Position numbers and translations under genes: made by a program. This document shows positions 44,790 through 53,741 of a stretch of DNA of 64,000 bases, piece after piece. Source of the DNA: a bacterium (lineage in GTDB: Bacteria > Patescibacteriota > Saccharimonadia > Saccharimonadales > SZUA-47); the NCBI GenBank assembly GCA_030428125.1, contig JAUIBF010000002.1, positions 143,910 through 207,909 on the forward strand. The letters run 5' to 3'. The stretch's first letter is position 1. Each line of letters starts with the position of its first letter. Below the pieces are notes generated by a model. That model did not search any database and was not told the DNA's origin. It saw only the letters and a list, made by a program, of their open reading frames with translations.

Positions 44790-45872
44790 ATGAAGACCTT
44801 TACTGAAAATAAAAAGCTATCAAATTTTGCTAGGACTGGTGTGCTACATACGCGTGTTGGAGACGTTAAAACTCCAACCTTCATGCCTGATGGAACAAGA
44901 GGGGCAGTTAAGAGTTTGACGCCTGAGCAAGTAACAAATACCGGTGTAGAAGTTGTGCTGGCGAACACTTATCATTTGCACTTAAATCCCGGAGAAGAAG
45001 TAATAAAAAATTTAGGTGGGCTACATAATTTTGCTAACAGAAAAGGACCAATGCTTACTGACTCCGGAGGATTCCAGGTATTTTCTCTCGGCAAACATGT
45101 CAAAGTGACTGAAGAAGGTGTGTATTTTAAAGATCCGGTAACTGGCGAAAAAAGGTTGATAACTCCTGAAACCTCAATTCAGATTCAGTTAGACCTCGGT
45201 GCCGATATGGTTGTGGCTTTTGATCATCTGGTAGGTTTAGACGAATCTGTTAGTGATGAAGACGTGAAAGAAGCCTTCGACAGGACTCACAGGTGGCTGG
45301 AGCGCTGTATCATCGAGTTTAAGAGACTAACCAAGGGGGTTAAAAATGATGAGCGACCGATGCTGTTTGGGGTTGTTCAAGGCGGCTTAGATTTAGAGCT
45401 AAGGAAGAAAAGCCTGCAAATCATACAAGATAGCGATGCAGACGGGATCGCAATTGGTGGATTGTCTGTGGGTGAGACTAGAGAAGAAATGGAAATAGTG
45501 CTGAAAGAGTTGGCTCCACTATACAGGGATGACAAGCCGAGGTTTTTGCTAGGTGTTGGAACACCTGAAGATCTACGAATTGCTGTAGAAAACGGAATAG
45601 ATATGCTGGATTGTGTACTACCTACCAGGAATGCGCGTCACGCAACAGTATGGGCTGAAAACAGCCAAAAGATTCATCTAACCAATGAGCGTTTCAAGGA
45701 AGATTCCTCAGTAATTGAAAAAGGTTGTGATTGCTATGCTTGCGCAAATGGTTTTTCCAAAGCATTCTTGAGGCATCAATTTAAATCTGGAGAACCGTTA
45801 GCTGGTACTCTAGCATCAATACACAACTTGAGACATATGATGCGAATTTGTGAAGAGTATCAGAACAGATGA
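44790..45872 (+). CDS. tgt: Queuine tRNA-ribosyltransferase (tRNA-guanine transglycosylase)
   Basis: LTDSGGFQVFSL, GIAIGGLSVGE and the zinc site CDCYAC...H. Confidence 0.9.
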   Translation: MKTFTENKKLSNFARTGVLHTRVGDVKTPTFMPDGTRGAVKSLTPEQVTNTGVEVVLANTYHLHLNPGEEVIKNLGGLHNFANRKGPMLTDSGGFQVFSLGKHVKVTEEGVYFKDPVTGEKRLITPETSIQIQLDLGADMVVAFDHLVGLDESVSDEDVKEAFDRTHRWLERCIIEFKRLTKGVKNDERPMLFGVVQGGLDLELRKKSLQIIQDSDADGIAIGGLSVGETREEMEIVLKELAPLYRDDKPRFLLGVGTPEDLRIAVENGIDMLDCVLPTRNARHATVWAENSQKIHLTNERFKEDSSVIEKGCDCYACANGFSKAFLRHQFKSGEPLAGTLASIHNLRHMMRICEEYQNR

Positions 45873-45885
45873 TAGTATATAACTC

Positions 45886-46812
45886 ATGAAAGTAGTCGTT
45901 GCGGAGCCGGTTAACAACAAGCTGAAAAATTTAATTCGCGAGTCTAACCCTGAGTGGGTGATGTACGATGATTCTCCAAAAGACAAAGAAGAACTTATTA
46001 GCCGCTTGAAGGGCGCAGATGTAGCGACATCGTATTCAATAAAGTACGATGCAGAAATATTCGAAGCATGCCCTGATCTAAAATACCTAGCAATTCCTGC
46101 AGTGGGCGCTAACTATTTTGTAGACATGGACGCAGCGTCAGAATTCGGAGTAACTGTCATGAACTGCCCAGGATATAACTCTCGAGCAGTCGCGGAACTA
46201 GCTCTCTCGATGGCGATAGCTGTAGCTCGCAAAGTACCATCTCAGCAGCATGAATTAAGTAGTGGTCTATGGCACGGAGATTCACATGGTTTTCAGATTT
46301 CGGGTAAAAAGGTAGGTATCATCGGTAACGGTAATGTCAGTAAGGCGGTGCAGGAATTACTGGAAGGCTGGTCAGTCGAAATATCAGTAATTAACAGTAA
46401 GTCGACTGCTGAAGAGGTCGACAATCTTTTTGATGTTAACCAAGTATTTTTCGTTTGTTGTCCATTGAACGACTCAACTAGAGGACTAGTAAGTGCTGAG
46501 AGAATTTCAAGAATGGAAAAAAACTCAATCGTGATAAATGTTGGTCGTGGAGCCGTAATTGATGAAAAAGCTTTATATAAAGCACTTTCCGAAAATAAGA
46601 TATACGGAGCAGCTCTAGATGTGTTTTCTAAAGAGCCAGAATATGGTAGCAAGCTTTCGCAAGAAGTTAAGGATTTTTACGAGTTAAAAAATGTACTGGT
46701 GACGCCTCATGTTGCTGGAAATTCCTTCGAATCCAGTGAGAGATTAGCTGAAATGATATACGAAAATCTAGTAAGCGCTACAAAAAAGCAACCTGTAAAC
46801 GTTTATAAGTAA
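45886..46812 (+). CDS. D-isomer-specific 2-hydroxyacid dehydrogenase family protein
   Basis: NAD motif VGIIGNGNVSKAV, INVGRGAVID, catalytic-His context TPHVAGNS. Confidence 0.8.
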   Translation: MKVVVAEPVNNKLKNLIRESNPEWVMYDDSPKDKEELISRLKGADVATSYSIKYDAEIFEACPDLKYLAIPAVGANYFVDMDAASEFGVTVMNCPGYNSRAVAELALSMAIAVARKVPSQQHELSSGLWHGDSHGFQISGKKVGIIGNGNVSKAVQELLEGWSVEISVINSKSTAEEVDNLFDVNQVFFVCCPLNDSTRGLVSAERISRMEKNSIVINVGRGAVIDEKALYKALSENKIYGAALDVFSKEPEYGSKLSQEVKDFYELKNVLVTPHVAGNSFESSERLAEMIYENLVSATKKQPVNVYK

Positions 46813-46960
46813 CATCGTTGAAAGTCAGGATTCGATTTAATGTACTCACTCGGCAACATTTGCTTGAAAGCAAATGCTCGTTCGACCGAGTAAGGATTCC
46901 TCGATATGCCACAGGCATATCTCGCCTTCGGTTCGAATCACTTCAATAATCCATCCAACT

Positions 46961-46985
46961 AAAAAATCCACCGATCGGTGGATTT
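46961..46985 (-). terminator. Rho-independent terminator downstream of tRNA-Val
   Basis: AAATCCACCGATCGGTGGATTT palindrome followed, on the minus strand, by TTTTTT. Confidence 0.6.
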
Positions 46986-46991
46986 CATAGT

Positions 46992-47068
46992 TGGTGGGCG
47001 ATAGAGGATTCGAACCTCTCACCTCCACAACGTCAATGTGGCGCTCTAGCCAAATGAGCTAATCGCCC
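46992..47068 (-). tRNA. tRNA-Val (anticodon GAC), CCA encoded
   Basis: Acceptor GGGCGAT/ATCGCCC, anticodon arm CCACA-TTGACGT-TGTGG, T-arm AGAGG-TTCGAAT-CCTCT, 77 nt. Confidence 0.9.
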
Positions 47069-47346
47069 CGATTTGTCTTGGCTAACAGAGGAGTATTATA
47101 TATTTTCTGAGAGATAAACACAATATTATATCGTGAAATGCATAAGTATTTTACGGTCTACATCACCAGACGATATAATTTTTGTTCAATCCACACCATG
47201 TGGAAAAGCAAGCAAAAATCTACTAGCACGATAGTACTAATTACTGTAGTATGGTCTCAGTGAGAGAGTTTTGGGAGAGGTTTTTAACCAATCCAAACAA
47301 GTAAGTTTGTGCTTATTTGCGAGAGAGCACAAACCAATTCTAGTTA

Positions 47347-47380
47347 GAAAGAGCCCAGAGTGGCTCTTTCTTTGATTTTT
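47347..47380 (+). terminator. Rho-independent terminator in the tRNA-Val/thrS intergenic region
   Basis: GAAAGAGCC-CAGAGT-GGCTCTTTC 9-bp stem followed by TTTGATTTTT. Confidence 0.7.
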
Positions 47381-47683
47381 AGGGTATAATCTATGGTATT
47401 GAGTAGTGAAGTGGAATTCACCAGCCACAGAGCTCCGTTGTTTAGTCAGTAGGTTACGTTAAACAAACTGATAAGAGAGAAAGATTTCGGTGGAACAGCC
47501 TGTTTGGCATAACCACAACGAAATTAATCGACCCATGAACATTTACAAGAAATCAAAATAAATTTTTCTTTCGTAGGTGTATGTATTAATACGACTACTC
47601 AAGATAAAATTCATTTATGTTTTTCTTGTAGAAAATTCATAATCTCGATAATTTCATAGTGATTAAGCCAGTTGGGCCCGGAA

Positions 47684-47734
47684 CGCACAACTTAAACTAA
47701 AGAGCATTTCTTTAAGAGTAGGTGTGCGATTTTT
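47684..47734 (+). terminator. Terminator-like hairpin (candidate attenuator) just upstream of the thrS SD
   Basis: CGCACA/TGTGCG outer stem and CTTAAA/TTTAAG inner stem, followed by ATTTTTA. AAGGAG lies at 47753 and the thrS ATG at 47769. Confidence 0.5.
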
Positions 47735-47768
47735 AATTTATAAGGATAAAACAAGGAGTAAATAACTA

Positions 47769-49616
47769 ATGGCAGAACAAGACAAGCTACATGCTATGAG
47801 ACACAGCTTAGCGCATATTATGGCGACAGCAATTACTACCTTGTGGCCAGAAGCTAAACTAGGAGTGGGTCCAGTTGTCGAAAACGGCTTTTACTACGAT
47901 GTAGATATACCTAATGTGACTATTTCTGAAGATGATTTTAAGAAGATAGAGCTTGCAATGAAGCAAGTGATAAACAAAAAACAACCTTTTGAGCAGAGCA
48001 GTAAGCCAATCGACGAAGCAATTACTTGGGCCAAAGCAGCAAACCAACCATACAAAGAGGAACTTCTAAACGATTTAAAACGTGCAGGCACTACTGTCGC
48101 AAAAGATTTAAGTCCAGAGGAAATGGGTACGTTTGCAGGCGAAGATTCCAAGTCTGACACTGTAGGATTTTATACCAATGGCGACTTTACAGATTTGTGT
48201 CGAGGTCCACACGTCGAAGACACCGGTAAGGTTGGCGCGTTTAAGCTGATGCGTGTAGCAGGCGCCTACTGGCGAGGAAATGAGAAGAATCCTCAGATGC
48301 AGAGGGTATATGGAGTGGCATTCGAGACTAAAGAGCAACTAAACGAGCATTTGCACATGCTAGAAGAAGCTAAGAAGCGTGATCATCGTAAAATCGGTAA
48401 AGAGATGGACTTGTTCGTTTTCAGCGACCTGGTAGGCCAAGGATTGCCTCTATGGACCCCTAGAGGGACTATCCTGCGAACGGAAATAGACAGATTTGTA
48501 CAAGAGTTAAGGAGTGAATATGGCTATCAACCCGTAGAGATACCTCACATAACCAAAAAAGATTTGTATGAGACAAGTGGTCACTGGGACAAATTTGGTG
48601 ATGAGTTATTCCAAATAAAAACTAGAGAAGGACATGAATTTGTCATGAAGCCTATGAACTGTCCTCACCATACCCAAATCTATACCTCCCAGCCTCGTAG
48701 TTACAGAGATTTACCAGTTCGCTATAGCAATACGACTATGGTATATCGTGATGAACAGTCTGGAGAGTTAGGTGGTCTATCTAGGGTTCGCTCAATTACA
48801 CAGGACGATGCACATGTATTTTGTCGAAGTAGCCAAATTAAGCAAGAAGCGCTAAAGATTTGGGCCATAGTCGAGAGGTTTTACGGAGTATTTGGCATGG
48901 AAGTTCGAGCAGAGCTATCATTCATGGACCCAGATGAGCCTGAAAAGTATCTCGGAGAGCCTCAGTTATGGGAAGATGCACAAAATACTCTTAAAGAATT
49001 AGTTATCGAGAAAACAGGCGAGGAAACAACAATTGGGGTAGGCGAAGCTGCGTTTTATGGTCCAAAGATTGATTTTATGGCCAAGGATGCTCTAGGTAGA
49101 GAACACCAAGTAGCCACTATTCAGCTGGACTTTAATCAGCCTGAGCGATTTGATTTAACTTGTACAAACGAGGAAGGTAATCCAGAAAGAATCATAATGA
49201 TTCACGCAGCAATTGCTGGATCGCTTGAACGATTTCTATCGGTGCTAATTGAACATACTGCTGGAAAATTTCCGATTTGGTTGTCTCCAGAGCAGGTCAG
49301 GATAATAACCGTTAACCAAGAAGAAATGATAGTTAGAATGGCAGATGACATTAGACAGCTAGCTGAAAATTCCGGCTTGAGAGTCCATGTTGATAATACC
49401 CACGAATCAGTTGGAAAAAAGATTAGAGCAAGCGAGGTGGCCAAGGTTCCTTACACATTAGTTATCGGTGAAAAAGAGCTTTCCGACGGCGTGCTGTCTC
49501 CGAGATTGCGCAAAGATATTTCTGTAATTGATGCTCAATCTGAGTTACACTATGAGCAGTTTGTAAATACTGTTCTGAATGAAACTAAATCTAGGGTAAA
49601 TAAATCTAGCTTATGA
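47769..49616 (+). CDS. thrS: Threonine--tRNA ligase (no N-terminal TGS domain)
   Basis: Starts in the editing/SAD region (HSLAHIMATA). Class II core (FVMKPMNCPHH, YRDEQSGELGGLSRVRSITQDDAHVF) and anticodon-binding domain. Confidence 0.9.
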   Translation: MAEQDKLHAMRHSLAHIMATAITTLWPEAKLGVGPVVENGFYYDVDIPNVTISEDDFKKIELAMKQVINKKQPFEQSSKPIDEAITWAKAANQPYKEELLNDLKRAGTTVAKDLSPEEMGTFAGEDSKSDTVGFYTNGDFTDLCRGPHVEDTGKVGAFKLMRVAGAYWRGNEKNPQMQRVYGVAFETKEQLNEHLHMLEEAKKRDHRKIGKEMDLFVFSDLVGQGLPLWTPRGTILRTEIDRFVQELRSEYGYQPVEIPHITKKDLYETSGHWDKFGDELFQIKTREGHEFVMKPMNCPHHTQIYTSQPRSYRDLPVRYSNTTMVYRDEQSGELGGLSRVRSITQDDAHVFCRSSQIKQEALKIWAIVERFYGVFGMEVRAELSFMDPDEPEKYLGEPQLWEDAQNTLKELVIEKTGEETTIGVGEAAFYGPKIDFMAKDALGREHQVATIQLDFNQPERFDLTCTNEEGNPERIIMIHAAIAGSLERFLSVLIEHTAGKFPIWLSPEQVRIITVNQEEMIVRMADDIRQLAENSGLRVHVDNTHESVGKKIRASEVAKVPYTLVIGEKELSDGVLSPRLRKDISVIDAQSELHYEQFVNTVLNETKSRVNKSSL

Positions 49617-49996
49617 CCAAGTCAACCAGTAAAAAATCAGCGAAGGCAAGAACTTCTAAAAAAACAGAAGTCGAAAAGCCTAAATTAGTAGATAAAAAGA
49701 CTCTTAAGAACGCTAGGGCTAATCTGGAGTTGAAATTGAGTGTTGTCTTTGCTGGAATAGCAATGTTTGCAAACGTGTTAATTTATTTCTTTGCGATTTT
49801 ACCTGCTTACGAAATAATTGACGGCGAGTCACAAGGTAGTTTGAGTGAAACATTAGATAGTAGTGAGAGAGTTACAGATATATTAACACCGGTAGTTTTT
49901 GTGGCTCTAGCAGCCGCTTTGGTATTGCTTGCTGTCGGGACTTTTAAGTATGTCAAAAACAAACCTAAGGCCAAAAGTTCAATCACTGGTAGCTAG
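49613..49996 (+). CDS. Lys-rich membrane protein (127 aa)
   Basis: Start overlaps the thrS stop (ATGA). Two TM segments. Confidence 0.4.
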   Translation: MTKSTSKKSAKARTSKKTEVEKPKLVDKKTLKNARANLELKLSVVFAGIAMFANVLIYFFAILPAYEIIDGESQGSLSETLDSSERVTDILTPVVFVALAAALVLLAVGTFKYVKNKPKAKSSITGS

Positions 49997-50261
49997 GATT
50001 CCTGAAGGTAGGTTAATGACCTATGGTCAGCTAGCTGCGCTAGTAGGAAGTCCGAGAGCAGCCAGAATTGTTGGTGGAATTGCTCACTTCGGCGATCCAG
50101 AACTACCCTGGCATCGTGTTGTAAATAAGCAAGGTGGGTTAGCTAGTGGATACCCAGGTGGTCGGATGGCACACATGGAACACCTACTTGCCGAAGGCGT
50201 AAAATTCAGCAACGATAAAGCAAACATTAACGAATTAATCTGGTGGCCGGATGAGCTGTAG
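49950..50261 (+). CDS. Alkyltransferase-like protein (ATL; MGMT DNA-binding domain without catalytic Cys)
   Basis: RLMTYGQLAALVGSPRAARIVGG...LPWHRVVNKQG. PWHRV replaces the MGMT PCHRV active site. Confidence 0.75.
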   Translation: MSKTNLRPKVQSLVARIPEGRLMTYGQLAALVGSPRAARIVGGIAHFGDPELPWHRVVNKQGGLASGYPGGRMAHMEHLLAEGVKFSNDKANINELIWWPDEL

Positions 50262-51111
50262 GCCCGTAATTTTCATAGTCGGCGTAACTGCTAGTGGCAA
50301 GACAGCTTGCGCATTGGAGGTGGCAAAAAGGCTTAACGGAGAGATTATTTGTGCTGACTCGCAAACCCTCAGAAAAGACCTGAACATTGGTACTGCAAAG
50401 CCTGCTAAAGAAGAACAAAGTTCGGCTAAACACCACATGCTGGACTTGATTGAACCATACGATAGATTCAGTGTTGCGGAGTTTAAAAAACAAGCAGAGG
50501 TAGCAATTCAAGAAATACAATCTCGCGGGAAAATACCGATAGTAGTTGGTGGCACTGGGCTATACATTGATTCACTGTTTTATGATTACGATTTAACTAT
50601 CAATAAGATTGATAGAGATGAATACGATAACCTTTCAGTTAATGAACTTCAGCAAATAATAGTAGATAGAGGCTATGAGTTGCCTGCAAACAAAAATAAT
50701 CCCAGACATTTAATTGGAGTAATAGCACGTGCCGGAGAAACATCGATAGATATAATACCTGCCAAAGACAGTCTAATCTACGGTATTCGGAGGCCTGACA
50801 CAGAAATCAAAGACCGTATAAATAAGCGCGTAGAAATCATGTTTGATAATGGATTAATTGATGAGGTGAAGTCCGTAAGCAAAAAATACGGAAAGCCCCC
50901 AGCAAAACTGGATGCCATTTGCTACCCGATTATTCAAAGATACTTAGATGGAAATATAAATCTAGACGAGGCAAAGCAGTTGTTCAAAACGGCTGACTGG
51001 CAGTATGCGAGGCGCCAAAAAGCATGGTTCAAACGTAATCAATTTATTCAGTGGTTTGAGGATGAGAAACAGGCTGCAGATGCAATAATTAAAGATGTAG
51101 CGCACTACTGA
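50251..51111 (+). CDS. miaA: tRNA dimethylallyltransferase
   Basis: P-loop GVTASGKTA, IICADSQTL...LNIGTAKP, VGGTGLYIDSL. Confidence 0.85.
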   Translation: MSCRPVIFIVGVTASGKTACALEVAKRLNGEIICADSQTLRKDLNIGTAKPAKEEQSSAKHHMLDLIEPYDRFSVAEFKKQAEVAIQEIQSRGKIPIVVGGTGLYIDSLFYDYDLTINKIDRDEYDNLSVNELQQIIVDRGYELPANKNNPRHLIGVIARAGETSIDIIPAKDSLIYGIRRPDTEIKDRINKRVEIMFDNGLIDEVKSVSKKYGKPPAKLDAICYPIIQRYLDGNINLDEAKQLFKTADWQYARRQKAWFKRNQFIQWFEDEKQAADAIIKDVAHY

Positions 51112-51147
51112 ACAAATCTGTTACAATTAAACCAAGAGGTTGAAGAA

Positions 51148-51804
51148 GTGATAGAACAGCTATTTGGTTCAAAGACGAGGGTAAAGCTACTAAAGCTGTT
51201 TTTTAGTAACCCCAATCGCTCGTTTTATGTAAGAGAAATAACAAGAAAAGTAGAAGAGCAAATTAACTCGGTCCGACGTGAGTTGGCAAATTTATTGGCT
51301 TTAGGACTAATAACGTCTGACAGCACAAATAACAAACTTTATTACGAGGTTAATCAGAAATACGAGCATTATGAAGCGCTGAAAAGCATGTTCTCTGAAG
51401 CCAAAAAATCAAAACCAGCTGACAAAAAGGTTACCTCTAAATCTAAGAAGGCTGACGAAGCAGAGGATACTAAAGAAGAGGTTAAAGACAATACCGTGGA
51501 GCTACCAGAAGCAAAACACTGGGAGGGCGCAGGCAACATCGTAGGTATAGCATACTCGGGAGTTTACACGCGAGATGAAAGTGCCGGAGTCGATGTGTTG
51601 GTTGTCGGAGATGCATTAATCTCAAAAGTAGAATCAGTAATCTCTGAGCTTGAAAAAGAGAAGAACAAAGAGCTGAGATACGCATTAATCGAACCTGATG
51701 AGTGGCGTTATAGGCAACAGGTAAGAGACAAATTCTGGCTACAGTTCGATGGTGCAAAAAAGCAAATCGTATTAGACAAACAACAAATATTCGAAGATAA
51801 ATAG
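51148..51804 (+). CDS. Winged-helix DNA-binding protein (putative regulator)
   Basis: N-terminal KTRVKLLKLFFSNPNRSFYVREITRKVEEQINSVRRELANL wHTH-like. GTG start. Confidence 0.4.
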   Translation: MIEQLFGSKTRVKLLKLFFSNPNRSFYVREITRKVEEQINSVRRELANLLALGLITSDSTNNKLYYEVNQKYEHYEALKSMFSEAKKSKPADKKVTSKSKKADEAEDTKEEVKDNTVELPEAKHWEGAGNIVGIAYSGVYTRDESAGVDVLVVGDALISKVESVISELEKEKNKELRYALIEPDEWRYRQQVRDKFWLQFDGAKKQIVLDKQQIFEDK

Positions 51805-51813
51805 GAGATAGAT

Positions 51814-52458
51814 ATGGAAATCGAATTTTATGGGGCAAATTGCTTCAAGATTAAATCTAAACAAGCAAGTATCGTTATTGATGACGACTTAGATACACGT
51901 GGATCAAAAAATGTGACCAAGGATAAAGATGTACTTGTAGTCACAAATAAATCTATAAAGCACGATAAGTCTTCTGGATTGGCAAGATTAACTCTAGAAA
52001 GCGCCGGCGAGTTTGAAGTTGGCGACATATCTGTTCAGGGAGTGCAGACTAGAGGCCATCTGGATACTGACGAAGAGCAGACGGCTACAGTATTCCAATG
52101 TACATATGGTGGCGCTTCAGTGACAATTTTAGGTCATATTCACCCTGATCTATCTGATGAAGTTCAGGAGCTAGCTGGGGGTACTGACGTACTAATCGTT
52201 CCGGTTGGAGGAAACGGTTATACACTCGATGCAACAGGTGCTACAAAAGCAATAAAAGCAATAGAGCCAGATGTGGTAATCCCAGCGTATTACGATGAAT
52301 CAGGACTTACATTCGAAGTTCCGACTGCACCTTTAGACGACTTCGTAAAGACAAGCGGTCTAAACTTTGAAGAAAAATCAGACTCTCACAAGGTTGGTAA
52401 AACTAGTTCAGAATCTGGTCAAACACAGTTAGTTGTATTAGAAACTAAAAAAGCCTAA
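51814..52458 (+). CDS. MBL-fold hydrolase-like protein (UPF0173-like)
   Basis: MEIEFYGANCFKIK N-terminus and overall beta-lactamase-fold pattern. The metal motif is degenerate. Confidence 0.45.
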   Translation: MEIEFYGANCFKIKSKQASIVIDDDLDTRGSKNVTKDKDVLVVTNKSIKHDKSSGLARLTLESAGEFEVGDISVQGVQTRGHLDTDEEQTATVFQCTYGGASVTILGHIHPDLSDEVQELAGGTDVLIVPVGGNGYTLDATGATKAIKAIEPDVVIPAYYDESGLTFEVPTAPLDDFVKTSGLNFEEKSDSHKVGKTSSESGQTQLVVLETKKA

Positions 52459-52496
52459 GTATTTCCCAGGCTTTAGAAAGCAAAAATTAGCTGGTC

Positions 52497-52691
52497 TTAT
52501 TTAGCGATAAGGCCTTTTTTGCGTAGCGTACGTAGGGCACTTGTGCTGATTTTCATCTTCACTTTTTTGCCGTCTACGATAATAGTCTTCTTCTGAAGAT
52601 TTGGTTGCCAAACTTTCTTGGTGTGGCGTTGCGAAAAGCTCACGTTGTTGCCGTGTTGCTTGGCTTTTCCGGTAATGTCGCATGATTTCAT
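52497..52691 (-). CDS. rpmB: 50S ribosomal protein L28
   Basis: CDITGKAKQHGNNVSFSQRHTKKVWQPNLQKK is the L28 signature. Confidence 0.9.
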   Translation of the reverse strand: MKSCDITGKAKQHGNNVSFSQRHTKKVWQPNLQKKTIIVDGKKVKMKISTSALRTLRKKGLIAK

Positions 52692-52788
52692 GGGTTATCT
52701 CTTAGATTAATTACTCGAATCATTTTACTATTTTTACACCTTACAGTCAAGGGTAAATAGCTTAGTGCTCGATGCTATACTATGATTA

Positions 52789-53457
52789 ATGAATTTGTTT
52801 TTGTTTGCTCAGACGAGCATAGGAACTGGAGGTTTTCAAAACTTCGGGATAAGCCTGTATGCAATAGGCCTATTTTTGATAGTATTACTGATTTCTGCAA
52901 CTCTGCATGAAATGATGCATGCCTACGTCGCATTGAAACTTGGTGATGATTTGGCTCATAGCCACGGTCGGATTAGCTTAAACCCACTTGTGCACATTGA
53001 CCCCATTCTTACGATTGGCTTACCTGCTGTACTGTTGCTGCTCGGCCAGCCACCAATTTTGGCTGCCAAGCCAGTCCCGATAAATACTTCTAGGATAGAA
53101 GGAGGAGACAACGGATTAGCAATTGTAGGAATCTCCGGCCCTCTGACAAATCTTGCGCTTGCGTTCATCTTTGGGGCTATCCTAAAACTAACTAGTTTCA
53201 CTGGAGTTACATATGACATCTTATGGCTATTCGTGTTCGTTAACGTGAGTTTGTTTGTGTTTAACATGCTGCCTATACCTCCTCTTGATGGCTCCAGAGT
53301 TCTATATGCTGTAGCTCCAGAACCCGTACAAAGATTTATGAGACAAATCGAAGCTTTTGGGATATTTGGTCTTGTGCTGATTCTAATGGTCGCCTATCCT
53401 ATAATTTATCCGATGCTCGATAGAGCAAACGAAATTATCTTTGACCTAGTAACGTAG
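52789..53457 (+). CDS. Site-2 protease family (M50) membrane metalloprotease
   Basis: HEMMHA zinc motif and NMLPIPPLDGSRV motif in a multi-TM protein. Confidence 0.75.
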   Translation: MNLFLFAQTSIGTGGFQNFGISLYAIGLFLIVLLISATLHEMMHAYVALKLGDDLAHSHGRISLNPLVHIDPILTIGLPAVLLLLGQPPILAAKPVPINTSRIEGGDNGLAIVGISGPLTNLALAFIFGAILKLTSFTGVTYDILWLFVFVNVSLFVFNMLPIPPLDGSRVLYAVAPEPVQRFMRQIEAFGIFGLVLILMVAYPIIYPMLDRANEIIFDLVT

Positions 53458-53666
53458 AGGGCATAGCAGTTATACTTATATCTGCAGACTAGAGCTATCA
53501 TTATGATTTTTCTGAATAACTAATCATAGGGTTCGATCTCCGCATATAATCCGTGGATTACATGCTTATCTTACCCACCTAGCTTTTGCGCAGGTAAATC
53601 CAAGGTAGCTCTTTCCAGTCTGCATACAAAGTAATTATAATAATGAATGAAATTGAATATTGTTTT

Positions 53667-53739
53667 CGGAAAGAGCAGACAGAACAGACGATCTATTCGG
53701 CTGTCCTGCTCGATGAGAAAACCCGAAGGGTTGTCTCAT
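53667..53739 (+). promoter_or_regulatory. Copy C of the three-copy two-hairpin RNA element; 5' leader of the ASCH-RNase H gene
   Basis: CGGAAAGAGCAGACAG..P1..CTGTCCTGCTCGATGAGAAAACCC-GAA-GGGTTGTCTCA. Ends 2 nt before the GTG start. Confidence 0.5.
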
Positions 53740-53741
53740 AA

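Noticed and set aside
46846-47028. 60-aa minus-strand ORF.
   Set aside because: It overlaps tRNA-Val and its terminator. It has no SD and implausible composition.
47189-47205. Inverted DnaA-box-like sequences (ATCCACA / TGTGGAA) suggesting an origin of replication.
   Set aside because: There is only one imperfect pair, and it equally forms a simple hairpin. There is no dnaA/dnaN, no cluster of boxes and no adjacent AT-rich unwinding element.
52501-52683. 60-aa minus-strand ORF overlapping rpmB in another frame.
   Set aside because: The L28 frame has an unmistakable signature. The alternative frame is an Arg/Gln-rich artefact.
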